A stretch of DNA of 55,992 nt, filler included, from Streblomastix strix (Eukaryota): NCBI GenBank assembly GCA_008636045.1. It is 3 parts of 3 records of this genome, joined end to end, with 100 filler letters (N's around TTAATTAATTAA, not from the genome) between each part and the next. Parts side by side here need not be neighbours in the genome. Positions count along the whole stretch, not along the records: positions 1 to 18,638 come from SNRW01000592.1; positions 18,739 to 37,324 come from SNRW01000593.1; 1 more part is not named here. One strand, given 5' to 3'. The notes under the pieces are model-generated. The model was given only the letters and a program-made list of their open reading frames with translations, was not told the DNA's origin and searched no databases. Below are positions 12,504 to 24,407 of the stretch, piece by piece. Each line of letters starts with the position of its first letter. Position 1 is the stretch's first letter. Position numbers and translations under genes: made by a program.

Positions 12504-14630
12504 TCATCTTTCTTAGTAGCATGGATCAAATTGTAAAGCGTGACCTCTCCAGAATATATTAGTTCCATTACTATAGAATCCACCATCTGTTCCTGTACTA
12601 TTTGTACCCCATACGATTGGATTACCTGCTGAGTAGTTAACTGATCCATTAGATGCTCCAGTTGATGCACCAGTTCCAGCTATAACTGATCCATTGAAAG
12701 ATAGAGTGTTTCCATCAGCTGAGATCATTAGTCCTTTATTATCCTATACAGCTTATGATCCAAGTCCTATCTTAAATTATCCATCTGCTGTAACTGCTAT
12801 GTTCCATTAATCAGATAATGTGCCTGTTGATGAATTTGGATCACAACTTATATTATTTTACTGTATGTTTTTATACCTGTTATCGTTTAATCAGATGATA
12901 TATCAACGAATTAATTACCATTGAAAGTTAATGTGTTTCCATTAGCACTAATTTATAATCCTCTAGTTGTTTCAACTGAATCAGATGACAATTTTATTTC
13001 AAAACCTAATGGATTATTAACATAATTACTTGGTGATGTAAATATTTACCATTAGTCTGCTATATTACCATTGATAGATGATCTACTACATCCTAAAAAA
13101 ATCGATGAACCACCTGTACTTTCTACTGTTCTTGCTATTTTCAAACCATCATCATAATTATTTACTGATGGATTTATTTACGTATTACCATATATATTTG
13201 GAAATAATTAGTATATGCTACTTTACACTGTAGGTAATGCTGGTTGTGCATCAGTAGTTAATATATCAGTAATATTACCTTAAAAAAGCACTTATATCAG
13301 TCTATGATATGAACGTATTATAAGTGAAATCATCAATTCTGCCCCAAAATTCACCATATCTATTTATACCAGTTCCAAAATATAATATCCACACGTAATT
13401 AAAACAGAAAGATTGCGATGTGATAAACTAATATTAATAATTATCTATCTCTATATCTTATGTCCAATGTTAATAAAATTATATATTTCCAAATCCAATT
13501 CTAGTATTTATTTTGAATTCTATTGAATTATCAAAAGTAGTATTTAAAGCAATAAATGTACATAATTTAATATATAGGGGTTATTCAATAACTTGATATA
13601 ATTTACTTGCTAAAACTACTTTTTTTAGTTGTCCCATCTGCTAGTAATATGTCATTATCTGTCCCTCCTGTTTTAATAAATTTAGTTGCTGTAACATTTC
13701 CATCGTAAGTTAATTATTAAAGATGAACGTGATCATTTCTACAATAATAATCACTAGTTCCATTAGTTGCAGCAGTAGCATTTACAAGAGGTACATTTGC
13801 ACTACTTGGATCAACATTAAGAGGATGTTAATGCGTAGCACTAGAATAGATATTAGATGTACCTGCTGTTCCAATACGTGAATCTTTTTGTGGAACTCCA
13901 TTACTTAAATTTACATGATGAGTATGATCTGATCTAGCATAAGAATTAGCTGTACCTTCTTCACCTGTAGCAGTATCTTACTGTTGTATGACAGTAGGAA
14001 CTTACAGTGGATGTTTATGATCTGATCAAGAATATTCATTACTTATACTAACATAACCTGATACAACTAATTCTTAAGGTTTTAATTCACTAGCAGGTGT
14101 AACTTAATCAGGTACTATTTAATCTGTTTCATACCAAATTGTATCATATACCCATACTTATAAATCTTCAGCATTATAAGCATAATCACCTTTAGATACA
14201 TCTTTCAAAGCTAATATCTCATCGTTAGTTATAAAATAACCTCTGAAATGAGTCTATCGTGCTAACTCAGTGTTAATAACTGATACATCAGCCTATAGCT
14301 ATCCTATGTCTTAACTGTAAACGATAATTTATTACTATATGTTTTATAACTATTATTCTAGTATTATTATTTTTATATGAAAACATTGTTTATTAGTTGT
14401 ATATTGTTAACTATCAATAGCCCATCTTACGGTAGTTTCATAGCATAGACAGAAGGATTGTTCGTTTAGCAATAGAATAGATTGTTTTAATCATCTATTA
14501 TTAATTAGTAATCATTATTCGAAGCAATACTATTCGAACTATTCTTTTTTGAGTATTACATATAATCACAAATATCTGAATGTATTAATCGTTTGATTAC
14601 TGACAATTTCTATTACGAAAAAGAAGTCAT
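12504..14630 (-). pseudogene. Tail-fibre-like virion protein with HxH repeats
   Basis: Repeats SDHKH, ARSDHTH, ATHQH, RNDHVH; motifs ATKFIKTGGT...ILLADG and DQTITGIKT; twice GLxISAxGNTLxFNG. The C-terminus is homologous to 55772-55992. Frameshifted. Confidence 0.7.
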
Positions 14631-14644
14631 TTAAGTTATATTAA

Positions 14645-15034
14645 ATGAGTATAATATCTTTAATAATGTCAATATTTAACTATATATTCTATGGTGCTAA
14701 CTTCTTATTATCTGTTATTAGTTTATCGATACCAGATCAAGCATAAGAATTAATCAATGTATTTAAAAAACTATAGAGTTATCTTGATGAAATAGTGATT
14801 GCAATTAGCATTATAATATATATTGTTAAATTCTTCAATCATCGTAAAATGTCAATTAAAAAGGATCTATATTGGAGTTAATATACGATTGGTGAGTTGT
14901 ATTAGTTAGTATAATTAGCGATTGACGATAAGTATCGTAAACTGGCTTGGCATTATAGATACTTAATTACTTTAAAGTTGATTAATTAAAACAATTAAAA
15001 TGAATCTATCAGAAATAAAGCAAATATAATTTGA
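14645..15034 (+). CDS. Conserved small membrane protein next to the ATPase (129 aa)
   Basis: Two hydrophobic segments. NYIFYGANF...SIPD...HYRYL is shared with 54685-55068. Confidence 0.7.
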
Positions 15035-16033
15035 TGCGTATAATATGTTAGATGAATATAAAACAAAACCATTAACACCTAAATCTATCTTTCTTATTAA
15101 CGCAAACCATTATATTGCTGGAGCTGTTGGAAGTGGTAAAACAACATTAATGAGTAAACTAATTGTATTATATAAACATATAATTAACCTTTATATATTA
15201 TACTTCTCAAATATGGGACCTAATGAAAGTATGTCATTAAATATAAATGAAAAAAATATATCAATTAGTAACATAACTTATAATGAAGCGATGATCTTCT
15301 TACCATAGTTCGATGAGATTAAATACAAGATTAAAGAGATATAAACTTATTGGAAATTAAGGCAAATGAAAGTTACATATAATAGTCACTACTTTAAATA
15401 ACTTAAATAGAATATGTTCGATATAAATGAATTAAAAAAAGATGAAACCTATTAATAGTTTACAACTAGAATGAAAGAGTAATTTAAAATCTATTGTATT
15501 GAAACATTCAACGAATATAGCTATCCTACAAAAATAATGTAATTTGTCATACCACCGTTAGTTTAAAATGTTAGTTATGAGAATAGATTGAAAATAATTG
15601 ATACATAAGAAATAGATGAAGATGGAGTTACTATAATTAAAACGTTAAAATTACCTATACTTTAAAATGCAAAATAATTATCTACATTAATGATCTTTGA
15701 TGATATTGGTTCAAATACAGATATATAAAGATATACTTCATAGTTATCATGTACAATTACTCATCTTGTCAATGATAGTAGACATTCTAAAAATACATTA
15801 TTCTTTGTTGCATAACGAATGTAGTACTTGTTTAAAACTGCTCGAATATTATGTCATGTGATAGTCCTTGGGGTTAATTTAGGAGATAGTGATTTGAAAT
15901 ATATTTATGATGAGAATAATATAATCACACTATCAGAGTAAAAGCTAATTATATTATATATAATACATTGAATAAGTATGAATTTATTGTTATTAATAAG
16001 TGGTTTTAAAGATTTGAAATTATTAGGTAATGA
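15000..16033 (+). pseudogene. A32/FtsK-like genome packaging ATPase (frameshift near 15960)
   Basis: Walker A GAVGSGKT, Walker B LMIFDD, Arg finger DSRH, conserved FVAQ, KTARIL. Long insert between Walker A and Walker B. Confidence 0.9.
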
Positions 16034-16185
16034 CAAATTTTATTTTTAATTTAAATAATATTTTGGGAAGTAATTAGTTGTATTTCATTAATGATTATAG
16101 CTTGTAATCATCTATTAGGTTGTATGTTAACAATATAGCAAATAAAAATAGATAAAGAAGTGATTAGTGATGAAGTAAGAAATTC

Positions 16186-17225
16186 AATTTACTCGTGAGA
16201 ATTCATGATGTAAAATTAATAAAATAATTACCATTAATTTCAGCATTTAATGGTGAAGGTAAATTTATAAGAGAATTAGAATTGATAATAATTTACCCCT
16301 GCTAATTGATTATACAATCAAAATATTAATTTATATTAGCTGATGAAGCCGTTAAATGCTACATGGTTACTAACCCTGCAAATTTAGGAATAAAATCAGC
16401 ATCAACATACCCTACAGTAACAGGAATACTAGTAGAACCGCCTTATGATACCCAATGGAGATATACGCTAATATAAACTACTCCAATACAATTAACGACT
16501 AATGAACCTTAACTTAAACCGACTATATAATCTTCTGCGTGAAAGGTTCCACTTTTTGTTGTAATTGGTGCTATAATTTAATCATTGAATTTAAGTGAAA
16601 TACAATAGAAATTAATAATTAGACCTTTAATATCATATGCTTAATCTTCTTATTTTTATATTCCAAATTATGATGAAGTAGATCCAACTTTCCATACACC
16701 ATCTCTATTCGTAGGGTCAATATTACAGCCAGTAAGTACAAAACTATCCCAATTTGCTTTATTTTTCAATATCCTGATACCTTAATCTAATATAGTATCA
16801 TTCGGTTCAATAATTAATTAACCCATCGCACGAGGATACTATTTTGGTAATAAATCACCTACATCAATTATATCACCATTATCTAATAACAATTAATTAA
16901 TTGTTCCATTATTTTTTATAAATTAATTCGCTTATATTGATTGTGTGAACTATTTTTATCCTGTTACTGTTTGATCAGTATTTATTGTCATTAAATTAGA
17001 TAAATCAACTTCCTTAGTTTTCATGTATTAACTGAAATAAGTAAACAATTTAATAATCTCTGTATCAATGAAAGAGGTTAATTATTTTTATAATTTCTCT
17101 AATTACTTTACTTCCTTTTATTTTTATTATATCTCTTACAGTTAATTTTATTTATTAATTAACTCCTCTTCAGTTGGTTCGATTATTGATTCCATTTGTT
17201 TAAAAGTAAACTGATCAGAATTCAT
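16186..17225 (-). CDS. Second tail-fibre-like protein (3' end may be frameshifted)
   Basis: N-terminal coiled coil, then TDQTVTGQKQF and ANQFIKNNGT..LLLDNG motifs shared with 12504-14630, then a beta-rich C-terminus. Confidence 0.6.
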
Positions 17226-17865
17226 TTATATTTATTTCTGATTATGGCTTATCTGATAGTATAGCGAAGTTCATGTTAAAACGATATAGCTTCTCAACTG
17301 AGTTCCAAAGAACATTATCAATTACACTAATACTTACATTTTTAATTAGTACATCCATTACTCTAACAAAGTCTTTCTTCTTATATTTCTTTGCCATACA
17401 TGAATGTAATTACATTAATTGTTCATCTAATACTATTTCAATATCATCTTCGTTTTCGTATGTAATCAATGACCAAAATTTATTGTAGTTATCGCTATTC
17501 AATATGAAATCAACTCCTCGTTTTCTTGATGTAGTTACTCTCCAAATACAATCAATAACAAATTTAAGTACTTCTAGATTTGGATGAGCTAAGAAAGTAT
17601 TTTTAACTGCATCGTCAGGTTCAACTTAAGCAGTTTCTCGTTCTACTTCTTTGTATTTATTTTTATTGTAATGTCTCTTAGGTCTAACTTCATCTTTAAT
17701 GATATCATCTTTAATTTCTTATTAAGGAGTTGATAAGTTTCTCAAGGCTTAATCAATCGATTATAATCTAAGTTTATCTTCCTCAGATAACTCTATCTTC
17801 ATGTTTTCGATTTATTTCTTTGATTTATTTATAATGTGTTAATTCCTCTCGATACTTGAAATCAT
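17215..17865 (-). CDS. Viral hypothetical protein (216 aa)
   Basis: Uninterrupted table-6 ORF MISSIERNQH...INEF*. Confidence 0.65.
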
Positions 17866-17896
17866 TTAAATCTATTAAATATTTTATTATTGATAA

Positions 17897-18118
17897 ATGG
17901 ATAAATCGTAAGCCTTAAGAAAATTAAAAGAAAATGGAACTATATTTGAAAGCTTCATTGGAGGCTATCTAATGTAAATAGGTAAATAGATTAAGATATA
18001 TGAAGATGGATAAAAAGAGTCTTAAAGTATTAACACAAGCTTAGTAAAATAAGTAGTTAAAGATGCCCGTAATAAAAGAATAAAAATAAGTCGAACGATT
18101 AATGTATCAAGACGATGA
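17897..18118 (+). CDS. Viral hypothetical protein (73 aa, basic)
   Basis: Open table-6 ORF MDKSQALRKLKENG...SRR*. Confidence 0.5.
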
Positions 18119-18450
18119 AAACGAAAGTGAAGAAGAATAAGAAGTATAAGTTCCAATAGTTAAAAAGGAAGATTAAGGTAATATAAAAATAACCTACTAT
18201 TAATTATTCTACTCCAAAGATAGATCTTGAAGAACTAATTAAATTGCGAACTGAAAACTAATTTATCAAGAAATAGCATATCGAAGCATAAAAGTAAATT
18301 AATAAATATAGGAATAAACTTAAATCAATGAAACAAGTTAAAGAACCTTCAATTAAAGAATAACCTATTGAATAATATCAAACTTAAGAATAACGAATTT
18401 AAGAATAAGTTAGTGAAAGATATATTAATGAATTCGAGCTATTTTAATGA
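18102..18450 (+). pseudogene. Viral hypothetical acidic/coiled-coil protein
   Basis: MYQDDENESEEEQ..., one frameshift, ends ...INEFELFQ* just inside the right TIR. Confidence 0.45.
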
Positions 18451-18466
18451 TTATTTTTGGAGTTTA

Positions 18467-18638
18467 AATCGGAACTACTAATTATTGAGGAAATTGGCAA
18501 TATTTTTAATAAGTATGGCAAACTCGGAAAAATAAACCGTAAGGATTAAGCGAGCCTCTTTTTGATTAACCTGTATTAATGTTTCCAAACAGTTTGCCTT
18601 GAGAAATAATCATAATGACTATTTGTAACGATTTATCG
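18467..18638 (-). repeat. Right terminal inverted repeat of element 1
   Basis: Reverse complement of 1-172. Confidence 0.95.
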
Positions 18639-18738
18639 NNNNNNNNNNNNNNNNNNNNNNNNNNNNNNNNNNNNNNNNNNNNTTAATTAATTAANNNNNN
18701 NNNNNNNNNNNNNNNNNNNNNNNNNNNNNNNNNNNNNN
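18639..18738. other. Artificial contig linker
   Basis: N44-TTAATTAATTAA-N44 six-frame-stop spacer. Confidence 0.99.
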
Positions 18739-18994
18739 ATATTGGAACATTGACACCAAATATAAATTGAGTATTCTGATGAGGATTATATTGAGATGAT
18801 AATTGTAGATCAGAAGTAGCATTGCCAACACTAAGAGTAACAAAACTCATCACAAATTCTACATACTATTGGAATAATTATATTTTATTGTCATTAATTT
18901 TATTTTAAAATTTATTAATAAATATTTATTTAAACGTAATTACATAAGCTTATTTATTTTATGTGTAGATATTAAGTAATAAGGATGATTAAAA

Positions 18995-19309
18995 TCAATT
19001 TTTGCTTCTATTTGTAGATATTTCATAGCATAAAATCCTGAAATTTAAAAAATTAAAATTAGAAGAATTAATTGATAATAATATATTAATCACAAACGAA
19101 AGTGAGATCATTATCGCGCCAAGAGTGAAGGTAACTGCAAATAGTAGATAAGCAGATGAGCATGAAAACTGTGTAACATTTGTAGTTACCTTGGCTCTAT
19201 CCCATTCTGATGGATTGCTATCATAGGTTAAAAATGCGCAGATAAATGGAAAAAGCGAGAAGGCCATCACTGCTATGCCAAAAACAGTTCCACAACTATT
19301 TTTAACCAT
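18995..19309 (-). CDS. Possible small membrane protein (host)
   Basis: 104-aa ORF with two hydrophobic stretches and no recognisable motif. The opposite strand is also open in table 6. Confidence 0.25.
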   Translation of the reverse strand: MVKNSCGTVFGIAVMAFSLFPFICAFLTYDSNPSEWDRAKVTTNVTQFSCSSAYLLFAVTFTLGAIMISLSFVINILLSINSSNFNFLNFRILCYEISTNRSKN

Positions 19310-19879
19310 TTCTTGGGTGAAAATAAAAGTATAAATATAATAATGATAAATAATATTGAGTATTTAAATATGTATATAATATTTTTGAGGTAAAATTGGA
19401 TTTGTGAATTGAATGATACGGATTTTCGCAATATTTTTTTCTGCTTTAATTTCCAAACGTAAACATTTAGTCAAATATTATATTATTAGTAAAAATAATA
19501 TTATTAAATTAAAAATGTTATTTGATCACGCATACATTTAATTTGTACTGGTATATATGCGAAAAATTGAAGTAAAGGAAAATAATATAGTCAGGGCGCC
19601 GCTCGCCGCTTTCATGAAATTTTGAAAATTAAGCATATTATATAACTAAAATATTGAATTTGTAAATTTTTATGCAACTTTAATAAAAATATCTCCCAAA
19701 GTATATATTACTAAATAATGAATAATTTAAAGAGAAAATAAATAGAAGAATGATAAAAAATCTGAAAAATACAATATGAGTATTATTATTTTAAAGTTGT
19801 AAAAAATTATTAAATAAAAATGAAATGAAAATATGAAATGATAATATGAAATGAAACGATGAAATGGAGTTAAATTTTC

Positions 19880-21516
19880 ACAAATTAAGAGATATGGTAT
19901 CTATATCATTATTTTTATATATCCTTTATCTTTGGATATTCATTTTCAGATGATGTGCTTGTAGAATACTGTACAGGTAGTTGAGAATGTTGTGATGCAG
20001 ATGTAAGTGTATTTCTTGTTAATGGATGTGAATCAGAAGTAAAGAAGTAATCTTACTAAGGTGAATAGATATTTAATGTGGAATGCTAATGAGATGAGTT
20101 TGAATTGAATATTTCTGAAGAGGATGGGTCAGCAGGATAAAGAGTAGAAGAAGAATATTATGATTTAGATATTAAATTTAAGAAATCTTCTTACCTCTTC
20201 CATTATTAAACTTCATTCTTCCAATTTCTTTATTCATTTTCAATTCCAATCATTAAATCAATATCATGAGTTTCATTACGATTATATCCATATGAATAAT
20301 TACTATTTGTTTCTGGATCTTTATATTTAGAATTTCTTTGATATTAATCAATTTCTTTTTCTTTTTCTTTTTATGCAATTCTTCTCTAATCATTATTATA
20401 ATAATCTTTTTCCTCAATTAATATTAGATTATTACTCTTTGTATGAACTTGAATATTCTTCTCTTTTTCTAAGGAAATATATTCTTTCTTTTCATCAATA
20501 TCATTTCTCTTCTATTTTTATTAGTTATTAAGAATTGATTATGGTTTGACTGGTATTAATAATAATGAAGGATCAATATATCCTGATTATGGTTAATGAA
20601 TAACAAGAGTATTAATTGTATCTCTTTATTATATATCTTTATTATTAATATTATTTTCGTTGATTTTTATAGTTTATTTTTATTCTAATATAATTTCTTA
20701 TTTCTTATTATCTTATTAAGATTATTATAATATTTAGTTTGAAATGAATTATTCATTGGATTATTATTAATTTTAACAGCATTCTTAATCATTTATAGTA
20801 GGTGTTTTAGTAATCCAAATAAGCTATGGTCTTTCAGGAGATATATAAGGATATATGCCAGATGTTAATGAAGATAAGGGTGTAATTTACAAGAATGATA
20901 AAGAAGAATTCATTTCTAATGATTAAACATTAACTATAGAATCATCAAGTTTCTTAGATGGAGTTATTTAGCATTAATAAGAAGAATCAATTAAAGTTTA
21001 ATTATCTTAATTTTATTATTCACAATCAATCTTACAATCTATATTCTTAGAAGCATCTTATTCAGTTGTTTCAGTAACTTGATTAATAAGGACATGATTT
21101 TGGAGAGATACAGATGTTTGTCTTGTTGGTAACTAAAGTAAAGGTTCATGAACAGTTTCAATAGTTATTTATTCAGGTTCAATTTATTTATTTATTTATT
21201 TGAATGATGGTGAAGGTGGATTTGATAAACTTTTGAGTTTCTGATGAGATTTTTATTTAGATTATTTGATCTTCTTTTAAATGTGAATGTTTTGATCTTT
21301 ACATGTAGATATTGGTCTGGATTCAGGAACTCATTCAGAAAATTTAGAATCATCTGATTAAATTGATGTAGATAAAACTACTCGATGAATATGTATGGGT
21401 GGTGCTCCAAGAAGAGGTTTCTCTTTCTACTTTTCAATTTTACAATCAGTTCGAAGTGGAAGATCTAGTTGTGGTGGGCGTGGAAGGAGAGGTTCTCGAG
21501 GAGCAAGAACAGTCAT
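19880..21516 (-). pseudogene. Chimeric low-complexity host gene (S/Q/P-rich)
   Basis: Starts MTVLAPREPLLPRPPQLDLP, has an in-frame TGA at about 21332, and carries a copy of 29287-29767. 3' end uncertain. Confidence 0.45.
20184..20656 (-). repeat. Inverted segmental duplicate of 29287-29767
   Basis: Near-identical on the reverse strand apart from a 9-bp indel. Confidence 0.92.
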
Positions 21517-22291
21517 AATAAATACTGGATTTATAAAATATGAATAATATATATTGGACGAAATCTGTATCATTCATAAAATATTAAAAATTTAAAAATT
21601 AATAACGATGCAACGAGTAAAACTATGCATATTGGATGGTATCAATATTGAATTTGAATAAATATAAATAAATATATATGAAATTTAATAATTCATGAGT
21701 GGATTAGGATTTGAAGTAAGCATGTCGTTTAAAGATAAAAAGAATTATTCAAATTTTCAGTGAAGTCAGGAATGCAATTCCTATTCATATGTTAATTGGA
21801 TAAGGTAATTATTAGAGAGAGAAATGATGATATATATAAAAAAATGGAAGAAATAGTTGAAACTATTCAATACGGCGAGAAAATAGGTGGTGAAGTTGAA
21901 AAGATTATGTTAGCGTAATTGGCAGGGATGGTAAGCAAATTTAATTAGAATCATTTCAAATGAGAGTACAATTGCGTTTGGAATGTGGGCAGTGATAGTG
22001 GGATGAATTTGAATTGCAAAATTCAATTCTATTTGCCAAACTTTCTCTAACTTAGTACGAGATTATTATTATTTCCAGTTATATTTGCACTTGCACACTT
22101 TCATTTTTTCTGCTTTATAAACCATCCTTTGTGAATATGAAAGTATTCCAACTTTTAGATATAAAAACAAACGAAATATTCGTTTTACAGTCCAACCAAA
22201 TGCTCAATCTACAATTAATCCCTCTAAAATAATGTATTTTGTTCGTTTATAATGTTTTATATTATTAATTTTATATTATCTACTAATTTTA
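21457..22291 (+). repeat. ~835-bp direct duplicate, copy 1 (of 27394-28228)
   Basis: Near-identical from GGAAGATC[T/A]AGTTGTGGTGGGCG to TACTAATTTTA. Confidence 0.95.
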
Positions 22292-22331
22292 TTTATTTAG
22301 TTCATTTTTAATTTAATCCACTGTATTTAAC

Positions 22332-24186
22332 ATGACTAACAAAAATCAATTGATTTTGAATTTTATAGAAGAGTATATTAACATTATTAATTCAGAATCT
22401 TAGAAATAACAGTTGAATTTTTAAGATAAAAAGATAGAATTCATTAAAGATAAATCTGAGAAATTCTCAAAAGATGTATATATGTTCTCAAGAGTAAGAT
22501 CTATTCTAGAGAATGAAGTAGAAGTGGCGATTTTGTTGTTGCTCAATCTATTGGTTAGAAAATGATCATTTTCGAACCATCATTTTCATTATCTATTTTT
22601 TAAAATATATTATTTTTTTTTAAATTTATTATTTTTATTTTATTTATTAGATGAAACCATTAATTAAATTAAATTCATTTGAATTAGATTGAACATTTGA
22701 TGAAAAATAATCAAATTCTGATATATATATATATATATATATTCATCAATATTAAAATCTCTTTTTGATCTTTCTATTGGAGGAGATAATTTTTATTTTT
22801 ATTTATATTTCTTTATCTATTCATTTCTATTAAATAATTATCCAGGAGTATCATCAGTTATTGCCTGTGGATAGACAGGGTCAGGAAAAGTAATACAACT
22901 TATTATATTATATATAAAATAAAACTTGCAAATATAATAATTACTTTTATTATTTTATAAATTATTTTAGACATATACAATAACTGGAATGGTTGAATAA
23001 TTTTCATTGGATTTATATAAATTAATTGGACCAAGTCAAAGAGTTCATTTGAAAGCAATTGAAATACTTGGAGACTGTGTTGAAGATCTTTTGAATCTTG
23101 GAAAATAAATTGAAATTAAAGAAGATTGATTCTCTGAGATTTTGTATCATGGTGCAGAAGAAATAGAAATTGAATCACCAAAATAGTTTTTCGATATAGT
23201 ATAATAAGCCTTCTTACATCAACATACAGCAAGTACAGTTCGTAATGCTACATCATCACGTTCTCATGCCATCTTATTAGTGAGTATTGTTGAGAAGAAT
23301 CCAGAATAATTAGCATTAGGAGTAAAAGAAGGAAGATTATTCTTAGTTGATTTAGCTGGATCAGAAAGAAGATCAGATAAAGTTTAACATAATAAAGAAA
23401 GAATGAGAGAATCCCATCTTATCAATGAATCATTAATGACTCTGAAGGATTGTATTAGAACACGTTCATGTACAAGATAGACTTGGAGTGGTGGACATTT
23501 GCATATTCCATACAGAAATTCAAAACTGACTTTTGATCTCCGTGGTAATTTTGAATTAGCAACAACTCGTCCTCACAAATTACATCTTATTGTTTGTATT
23601 TCTCCAATTTAATCAGATTCTTCTCATTCAATTAATATTCTTAGATATGGATAAGGTTTAATGGCAGCATAACCTGCTATTATTATTGGTGATGACCAAA
23701 AATCCAGCAATTTGGACTCGTTAATAAGATTTTGATGAAATAATACGAATGAGTAAGAATAGGATTGATCCTGAATCATTGTTACCTAATCCTGGAGATA
23801 ATGGAACTACATTAGTTGATATTCCAGAATAAGACTTCATATAACGTGTTATTGAAGGGGAAAGAAAGAGAAGAGATAAATTACGAGAAAAAAGAAGACA
23901 TTTTGGAATTGATGGAACAATGAATCAAAAGAATACAATAATAAAAGATGGAGAATAAGAATGCATTGATTAAATGAATAAAGAAGAAGATATGATCATT
24001 CCTGTAACTCCTTTTGAAGCTAAATAACTCTATACAAGAATCTGAGGAATGGTTATTGATGCAAAAACCAAATTGCGCAGATAGAAAAGTGAATTAACAG
24101 ACAAAATTAAAACATATCGAATTTCAGAATAGGAATGTGCAGATGAATTATTAAAGCGCATGAAAGAAGAAGGGTATAAATGTTGA
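22332..24186 (+). pseudogene. Kinesin motor gene, kinesin-13-like, inactivated
   Basis: P-loop GQTGSGK|TYT split by a GT-AG intron (22890-22970), NATSSRSHAI, LVDLAGSER, INESLMTLKDCIR, HIPYRNSKLT. In-frame TGAs (~22690, ~23128) and a 1-bp deletion at about 22520. Confidence 0.88.
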
Positions 24187-24407
24187 TCTTGATCTTGTTT
24201 CCTTTAAAGAATTCTTTGATATCTAACTTCTATCTATTTTTAGTATTAATATATAATCTGCTAGCTATTATTTTATTGCTATTTTAATAAATAAATAAAT
24301 ATAACAAAAATATAAATAATAAATTTATCTTTGCTGAAAAGTTTCAATGTGAGGTGTACATTAATAAGTAAAGTTAATTCATAATATTATATCACGAATA
24401 AAGCATT

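Larger units (their letters stand above)
1..18638. mobile_element. Polinton-like / endogenous dsDNA virus, element 1 (TIR-bounded, degenerate)
   Basis: Inverted repeats at both contig ends. It encloses pPolB, an A32-like ATPase, putative MCP and penton, and fibre genes. Genes are intronless and tightly packed, with many frameshifts and in-frame TGAs. Confidence 0.9.

Noticed and set aside
18639..18738. TTAATTAATTAA palindrome within N runs (also 37325-37424)
   Set aside because: Artificial linker. Contig sizes of 18638, 18586 and 18568 suggest length-sorted concatenation, so no linkage between element 1, contig 2 and contig 3 is claimed.
22720..22742. (AT)n microsatellite in the kinesin pseudogene
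   Set aside because: Common slippage repeat with no further signal.
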